DNA of 64,000 bases from the human T2T-CHM13v2.0 reference genome, Homo sapiens: assembly GCF_009914755.1 (NCBI RefSeq), contig NC_060926.1; one strand, written 5' to 3'. A program made the translations under genes and the position numbers. This document shows positions 57,025 through 64,000 of the stretch, one piece after another. Position 1 is the first letter of the stretch. Every line of letters starts with the position of its first letter. Below the pieces are notes generated by a model, which saw only the letters and a list, made by a program, of their open reading frames with translations, ran no database searches and had not been told where the DNA came from.

Positions 57025-59519
57025 TTATCCTTAGCAAAGTAACACAGGAAAAAAAACAAATACTGCCTGTCCTCACTTATAAGTGGGAGCTAAATATTGA
57101 GAACACATAGACACATAGAGGAGAACAACACACAATGGGGCCTTTTGGAGGGTAGAGGATGGGAGGAGGAAGAGGATCAGGAAAAATAACGAATGGGTGC
57201 TAGACTTAATACCTGGGATGAAATAATCTGTGCAACAAACCCCTCATGGTGCAAGTTGACTTTTGTAACAAACCTGCACATGTTCCGGGGCACATGTACC
57301 CCTGAATTTAAAGTAAAAGTTAAAACAAAACAAAAAGAATATTAAAGGTGTCCCATCTTCAGCAGTCCCTCCTGAAATCCCTTTTCCTCATCATAGCCTC
57401 TCACCTCCTGAGGCTGCTGTGAAAGATGCCTCTCTTTCAGAATACTTTCTGTTAATTCTCTTCCCCCATGCTTGGGAGCTCAGCCATGACATTTAGCCTT
57501 TTTCCTCCCTCTCTCGGCTCTCTGCACTCCACAGTTCTATCTCTTTCTTCCTCTTTCCCATATTCTGCATTACAAATGTCAGAACCAGGGAAGAACTGTA
57601 GGATTCTCTTTGCACAGTCAGGGATGTGAGAAACTGCACAAAGATAAAATTCTCACAATTATTGCCTTTTGCACAGATAATTGCCAGCGTCTTCATCAAG
57701 TAGAATGCAGAATCTCAGCCTAGATTAAGCATAAATCAGTGTCAGAAATGAAATCAGAGCTCCAGAGGGTGGCTCTCTGACAGAAGAATTTGAGGAGCCC
57801 TTTTTCCTGGCAGTTTACAAAGAGATGCTGGACCTGAGGTATTATTAGTCTGGTGAGAAGAGCTCTTGACAGCTCATAATAATATTAATCAGCAAACAGC
57901 ACTCCCCAAACAGGTCTTTGGTCTTAGGGAAAAGAACATTGAAGTGTTTATGAGTCTTGCTTATTAGGTTTTGAGGTTTTTGTTGGTTCCTCTCTTGGCA
58001 GTAACCTGAATGCTTGTAAAATCCCATGTGTAGCAGAGAACTCTGGGCATTTAGACAACTGTCCGCAGGTGCATCATGATTCACACTTTAACTGAATACC
58101 ACTTGCTAGGTAAATGCTGTAATAGAAAGTTAAAAAGAATAAATTAGCTGTAAATTCTTGGTATTTTCAGATTCCTGGGATACCCCCTACAGTTGCATAA
58201 TCATAGGGTGTTTTGTATTTATTTCAAACTACTAATCATTTACACACATGATTCCAGATTGTAAATAACAGATTTGATTGTGCCATTATCTCTTCCATTT
58301 CTCTCTAAATTCTTGTTTTAGCAATCAAACTCCTTTCAAAATAAAAATTAGTAGGAACCCCAGAGTATAAAACAGGTAAGAGCAAATGAATATGATTCCA
58401 TAGTTTAATTAATCCTATTTGGGTGAAAATAATCACTGTTTAAATAACCTTAAAAGAGAAGAAACACACTTTGAAACCCTGTTTGCTTTGTAAGTATGTA
58501 TGTCCGTAATATTTTTATGACCTGAACTTATTTTCTACATTTCTTTTTGCACAGTCCTTAAATTTATACAACAGATGATAAGAAAGGCACAAGAAAATTT
58601 TCAGTTTTAGTCATAGCAGATATGTAGTTAAAAACCTGAGGTCCCAGTCCCACGTCTGCCACATACTTGTTGTCTGACTTTGGAGGTTCATTTAACAACT
58701 CTGGGCAAGGCTGCGCTCATGCAAAGCACCCTGGAGCGTGCACTTGCCCAGCTTTCTGGCGGGAGAGGCCCTGGCCACAGTGTGTGATGGGAGCTTTTGG
58801 AGCCAGACAGATCTGCTGCATCAATACTTGATTGCTACATTTACTGGTTGTGATACATAACCGATAGCTTTCGGTGTATCAAAACCCATTGTGAAAAAGA
58901 ACATTTTCCCCTGGTTATTCTGTTTACAGACCAGCTTAGTTCTGCTGTTTTCAAAATATTTTATTTTTGAAAATTGGTTCACTGAATCCTTGCTGCAGAT
59001 GTTTGCCTAATTTGTGATCATATTGCATAAACCATTTAAAAAACTACTTTATAACTCAGATTCTTGTTTTATTTCCCAAAGAAGCTTAGGACAGGAATAT
59101 TTTGAGGCAGAATTTAAAAACCACATATGTTGACCTATGTGCTTTTAAAAAAATAGCCATACTTTTTTCCTGGATTTTAAAAGACTGATATATTTTACAT
59201 AAATAAGCCCCACTTACTAATTACATTTATCCCCCCAAAAAGGAGCAAATTCACCTTAATCATGCCAGTAGCCCTATGCTCACATACTCTCCAGCAAAAG
59301 AGAAGGGATTTCTAGTTGGAGTCGAGCCACCGATTAGCCTTGGTTTACAGTGAGCATGGTCTCTGTGTTACACATCTGCATGGTGCATTCCTGTTTTAGA
59401 CAGCACCTGATTCCTCAGGGAAGGATGCCCATTTGGTTGTGACATATCTCCCATTTATTGCAGCAGAATTGTTAAAGGGAGTTGGCCCCCGTGTTTTGGA
59501 GGCCAGGGTATCTTTCTCT

Positions 59520-60040
59520 CTCTGTCCTCATGGGTATTTATGGAAATACCACGTGAACTCCATTTCCATTCCCATAATTTACAGCTGGGGAGGAAGGATG
59601 ACTTGAGTGTGTAAATTTTCTATTCTCAGCCCTGCTACAGGCTTCAGGAGGCCAAATCTACAAATCCTACCACTTGGGCTTCTGGTTGGGTTTAGTCAAT
59701 GGGAAGCACTGATAGGAGGTTGCTTCCAGCCTTCGTAGGAACAAAGACAATTTGGCCAGATTGGCCATAGTTTGGGCACTGGCTGAATTTCCTCCAACTG
59801 CAGTCAGACAGTCTCTTTTTAAAAAGTTCTAGTTCTCATTAAATTCTGGTAATACCCATTCTTTCCCTTGGCCTATCAGGCCTATGTGTGGCAGGAGCTT
59901 CCTATGGTTGCTAGTCCCTGGGTGTTTCACTTTCCCTTGTTTCCTTAACTTTGTCCATACCTATGTAGATAGTCCCTTAATTCAACATAGTTCAACCTTT
60001 TGTATTTATACTAGCTTCCTGCTAGGACTATGGTTGATAA
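59520..60040 (+). mobile_element. Old ERVL LTR (LTR33-like)
   Basis: gttgggtttagtcaatgggaagcactg and ttcctgctaggactatggttgata motifs. Confidence 0.5.
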
Positions 60041-61041
60041 AGTAATGAAGTTAGCTTATGCTTTTAGGATAAACCCATACATTCTAATGCAATTTTAACT
60101 GAGAGTCAGTCTCTGAAGCATTTGTACTGCCATTAATAACATACTGCTTAGATTTCCTAGTAAAGGAGGAAAAATTTGCAGGGGTGAATTCAGGCATTCC
60201 TGCATTTCTGGCAAAAGAAATATCCTAGTACTGAGAAATGAGAAAATATTACCATAGTACCTCTGTAGTCTCTGAACTGTGCACATTTCCTGGCACATAC
60301 CAGACTCAGTAAATAATGTTAAATGAGTTTATTTTGAGTGAATGCAGAAAATATTGCACTTATGCTCATATAAAACATTTAACTTTGTATATTTTTACTC
60401 AATAGTAAGTGCAGTAATTTCTTATGTTATTACAGAAAACAACACATACTTAATGGATATATAATAGTTCAAAATACGTATCTTAGATGGCAAAATAGAT
60501 CATCCCTCTTCATTCTCTTTGCTAAAGGGAGAAATGGTTTTCTTACCCATTTTAGTAAAGGAAAAAAACCTCCACTTTTCTTTGATAGTTGCTTAATGTG
60601 TGGGTGTCAGAGACCAAGCAGACAATATACCAGTGGTGCAATTTCAACTCTAACCATTTTCTGCCATTAGTATGCCAGCCTTCCCCATTAAAAATCCGAA
60701 GCAGAAAGCCATATTATCTGTATGTCACTTTCAAACATAAACACTTAGTAGAATGGTTGTTAGGTTCCATATCTGTGAAATGTGTTTGTATAAGTGACTT
60801 ATTGTCTTTGCATGAAGTGGCTGGACAAAGGGATGCCTGGTTGAGGAAACTAGCTGTAGGAAGGATATTTCTGCACATCACTGCTTTAGCTATGTAAATC
60901 CTGGGCTTGGCGAACCTTGGCTAACCTAGTGGGCATGAGTAGGCCCAGGTGAACCTAATGTACAGAAATGACATTTATGCAGCACCTGGCCAGTCTATAA
61001 CTTCTAATTCTATTCCCAATGCCTGGAATTTCATTTTGATA

Positions 61042-61219
61042 ACACTGATTCTTGGAGTGTGGTGCCAGGACCGGCAGTATCAGCATCACCAGGAAACTTT
61101 CTGGAAGTACAAAATTTGTAGCCCCATTGCTGAATGAGAATTTCTGTGGATGAGGCCCAGTAATCTGTGTGTTAAGAAGCCATATAGGGGACTCTGATGC
61201 TAAAGTTTGAGAACCACTG
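61042..61219. mobile_element. MER5A (hAT-Charlie MITE)
   Basis: ggaccggcagtatcagcatcacc...aaagtttgagaaccactg. Confidence 0.8.
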
Positions 61220-62043
61220 GCTTAGGGCACTGATATTTATTATACATGTATTCATTAATGTGAATGTGCAAATTCAGAGTAGGTTTCATGGGAGATGGAG
61301 GGAAGTAACAGAAGGGATCTTATCCTGAAGTGGGAAGGCCCTAATGAGCTAGGAAAGAGTAGACTTTGTTTTACGTATTGGTTTATTTTATGTACTTCAG
61401 TGAAAGCAGTCAAGCCTAGAAACATCTGATACTATAGTGAATTTAAAATGGTCCTTTGCTAGGCAGGCAGTGAAAAATGAGATGGGGAGGGACTACAGAT
61501 TCTGGGAAGGGAATGTTAGTTAACATGTATGCATTCAGGCATCGGGCTCTGTGACATCCACCCCTTCTAAGGCAGGAAGATCTGTGAGTCGCTCAATCCT
61601 TTCTAGACTCTCTAGACCCAGCCCGGCTAAACTGGCTCAAGATTGCTTTTCTTCCCCAAGCAGTCTCTGCAAATGTCCATGAAACCTTGGTGTTATAGGA
61701 ATCTACTCTGATGCTGTAGGGTCAACACCAAGGCAAAATATTATATGGAGAAAGATGACTATAGTAGAATCTACAGAAAATTCACTCCTTTATGTGCCTT
61801 GGGTGATGGAGTGCTCCTTATCTCCAACCCTGGGAAAAGAGAACAAAGCTGAATAGCGCTTGAAAATCTCCAGGTTTGAGCCATTAAAGAAATCACCCTC
61901 TCTGTGTGCCCTTATCTTAAAGGATATAGATCCTCAGAAAAAGTGCCATATTATTAACAATTACATCTAATAGTTATAATTATTTTACAGCAGTAATTGT
62001 AATTATAATCAGAGATGGTTGATAGCCTCCTGAGGTCCATTGA

Positions 62044-62190
62044 GCAATGCTTTTCAATCTCATATGTGCATGAGAAGTACCTGGGATCTTGTTACAATGC
62101 AGATTCAGTACATCTGGATTGGGACCCATGTTGATGCCAATGAGGCTGAGTCCCCTGACCATAACATAACACACTGTGAGTAGCAAGGAT
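62044..62190. mobile_element. MER5A1-like MITE
   Basis: cctgggatcttgttacaatgcagattc...acactgtgagtagcaagg. Confidence 0.7.
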
Positions 62191-63429
62191 ATGGAGAAAA
62201 AGAATTACATCACATTGCTTTCCCAGCAGAAAAGAATGGAGTGTAAACGTCATTAGTTTCTACAACTGGCAAGAAGATATTGTCTTTGACTCTCACAATT
62301 TCTCTGGCAAAAGAACTTTGTAATGAGTATTAGGACTTCGATGATACCACATGAGCAGGATATGCGGGATAATTTGTACTGCAGTTCTGCATGGCAACCA
62401 CAGAATAAATGGACATGTCTGTTCTATTTTAGATTCAAAACCAGAAATCACTTGTGATTAATGGTGGAATAATAAGCTTTTATTATAAATTGTAGAAGCT
62501 TAAGTTCTCAAGCTGGCTTTTCTCCTGCAGGGCTCTTGCAGGAGCAATCTGTTAGTCAAAGCTGTAGGACAGCAATTAAAGGGGCATTCGTTATAGCCCA
62601 TGTATGCTAGAAAGCAGCAAGACAATGATACTTGCCAAACGTCTGGGAAATTAGGTCAGCACTTGCAGATTAAATTCAACAGTGCCTGCTGGACTAAAGT
62701 CCTGATTGCCAATTAAGATCTAATGCTGACACTTACTAGCTATTGAGAATTAGAGGGGATGAAGAACTTCTAAAAATTGAGTGGCTAACACTGTTCTTGA
62801 ATCCTGATAGAATATTATCCATTTGCTTTTTAGTATCTGTGACAATCAAATCAATTTTTCTCCTTTTGTATTTTACTTATGATTCTATTTTTGATGTAAA
62901 ACAGATATATCTGCAGTTACATAAACAGGGTAAAGATCAATTAATTCCCACTTTACTCTTTCATACTTTATTCATGATCACAATATGCATGCTTGCCAAA
63001 GAGATGAGTAAATATTGTTATTATTTTAAAGACAGAGGCATTGGCCTAATGTCACATATTTTATAATATTTACTTAATTGAAATTCAGAATAGAAGACTT
63101 TCATTGTTGTGCAAGAACAGAAGCTACTCTTCTGGGAAGAGTAAGTGGCTTAGCAGAGGAATAGCAAAGACTGATCAAATAGTTAAGAAAGCTACAGACA
63201 TTGTGATCTAGTGAGTGATTATTTCATTATAGCTAAACTTCAATGGTTATTTTTTTTTAAAAAGTTCACTTTATGGTCTGAAAATGTTTGCATTTGCTCT
63301 CTTTAGTTATCAGTTGTGCATAGATCTGTTTAGAAAAGCTATGAATGGGGTGAGAACAGAGAACTTGTGGAGGCAGAATTTTAAGATGGCCCCCAGAATT
63401 CCTGCCAGCAACAATCAGGTTGAACATGT

Positions 63430-64000
63430 AATTTATAAATTCAAAATTTATTAAGGAAACTCTCTATATAGACATAATTATATATGCTATATAGGGATAA
63501 TTTTAATGAACACTGTGTATAGTATGTATGTAGAAGAGTATAAGGAAATTTAAAAAAATTGGCATTACTGAGTTGAAAGAGATAATGTACTATATTCACG
63601 AATAGGAAAACTCAATATTGTAAGGATGCTAATTTCCCCTAAATCTGTGGGTTTTATACAATCAAGCAAATTCTCTATGTGTGTGAAAATTAAAAAGCTG
63701 ATTCTAAAATGTATTTAAAAGAGCGTAGGGCCAATAATATACTCGAGAATTAAAAGAGTAAGATGGAGAAGACTTGCCTTATCAAATATCAAGCCCCATT
63801 TTAAAGTCATAATGATTAAGATAGTGGCACAGAAATAGACAAATAGACCAAGTGAAAAAGACAAAGAACTTAGAAAGAGACTCAGACTTATATGCAACTT
63901 GGATAGGTAACAGAGCTGCCATTGTAGTCCAGTGGAGAAAGGAGGAAATATTCAATAAAAGTTGCTAGCATAATTGATTATATAGAAATTAATAACATTG
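63430..64000 (+). mobile_element. Old L1M ORF2 3' fragment
   Basis: ctcaatattgtaaggatg, aagctgattctaaaat, cagtggagaaagga...ttcaataaa. Confidence 0.7.

Noticed and set aside
62200-62800. Repeat-free segment with acceptor-like tttctcctgcag, possibly an exon or enhancer
   Set aside because: No convincing donor or coding signal was found; conservation data would be needed.

Overview
This is primate (human-like) non-coding genomic DNA, either intronic or intergenic, and most of it is decayed transposable elements. These include LINE-1 (the 5' half of an L1PA7/8-type element plus L1PA, L1MA and L1M pieces), about 16 Alus, MaLR/ERV LTR elements (one complete THE1, one single-LTR THE1, MLT1, MLT2, MER52, LTR8, MER39, LTR16), DNA transposons (full-length Tigger1, Tigger3a, Charlie1, MADE1, MER5), L2 and MIR. 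I recognise no cellular protein-coding gene, tRNA, rRNA or CRISPR array. The supplied ORFs are repeat-derived fragments or chance frames. I find no convincing new biological system. The most unusual structures are: (i) a THE1 with one LTR, no TSD and filler DNA, resembling a captured reverse-transcription intermediate or 1-LTR circle; (ii) an intact ORF0-like antisense ORF in an old L1 5'UTR; (iii) an ORF2-less L1 that keeps both ends; (iv) two twin-primed L1 inversions; (v) a minisatellite born inside Tigger1; (vi) a miR-548-type MADE1 hairpin; and (vii) a close inverted Alu pair. Subfamily names come from recalled consensus sequences and need RepeatMasker/Dfam confirmation.
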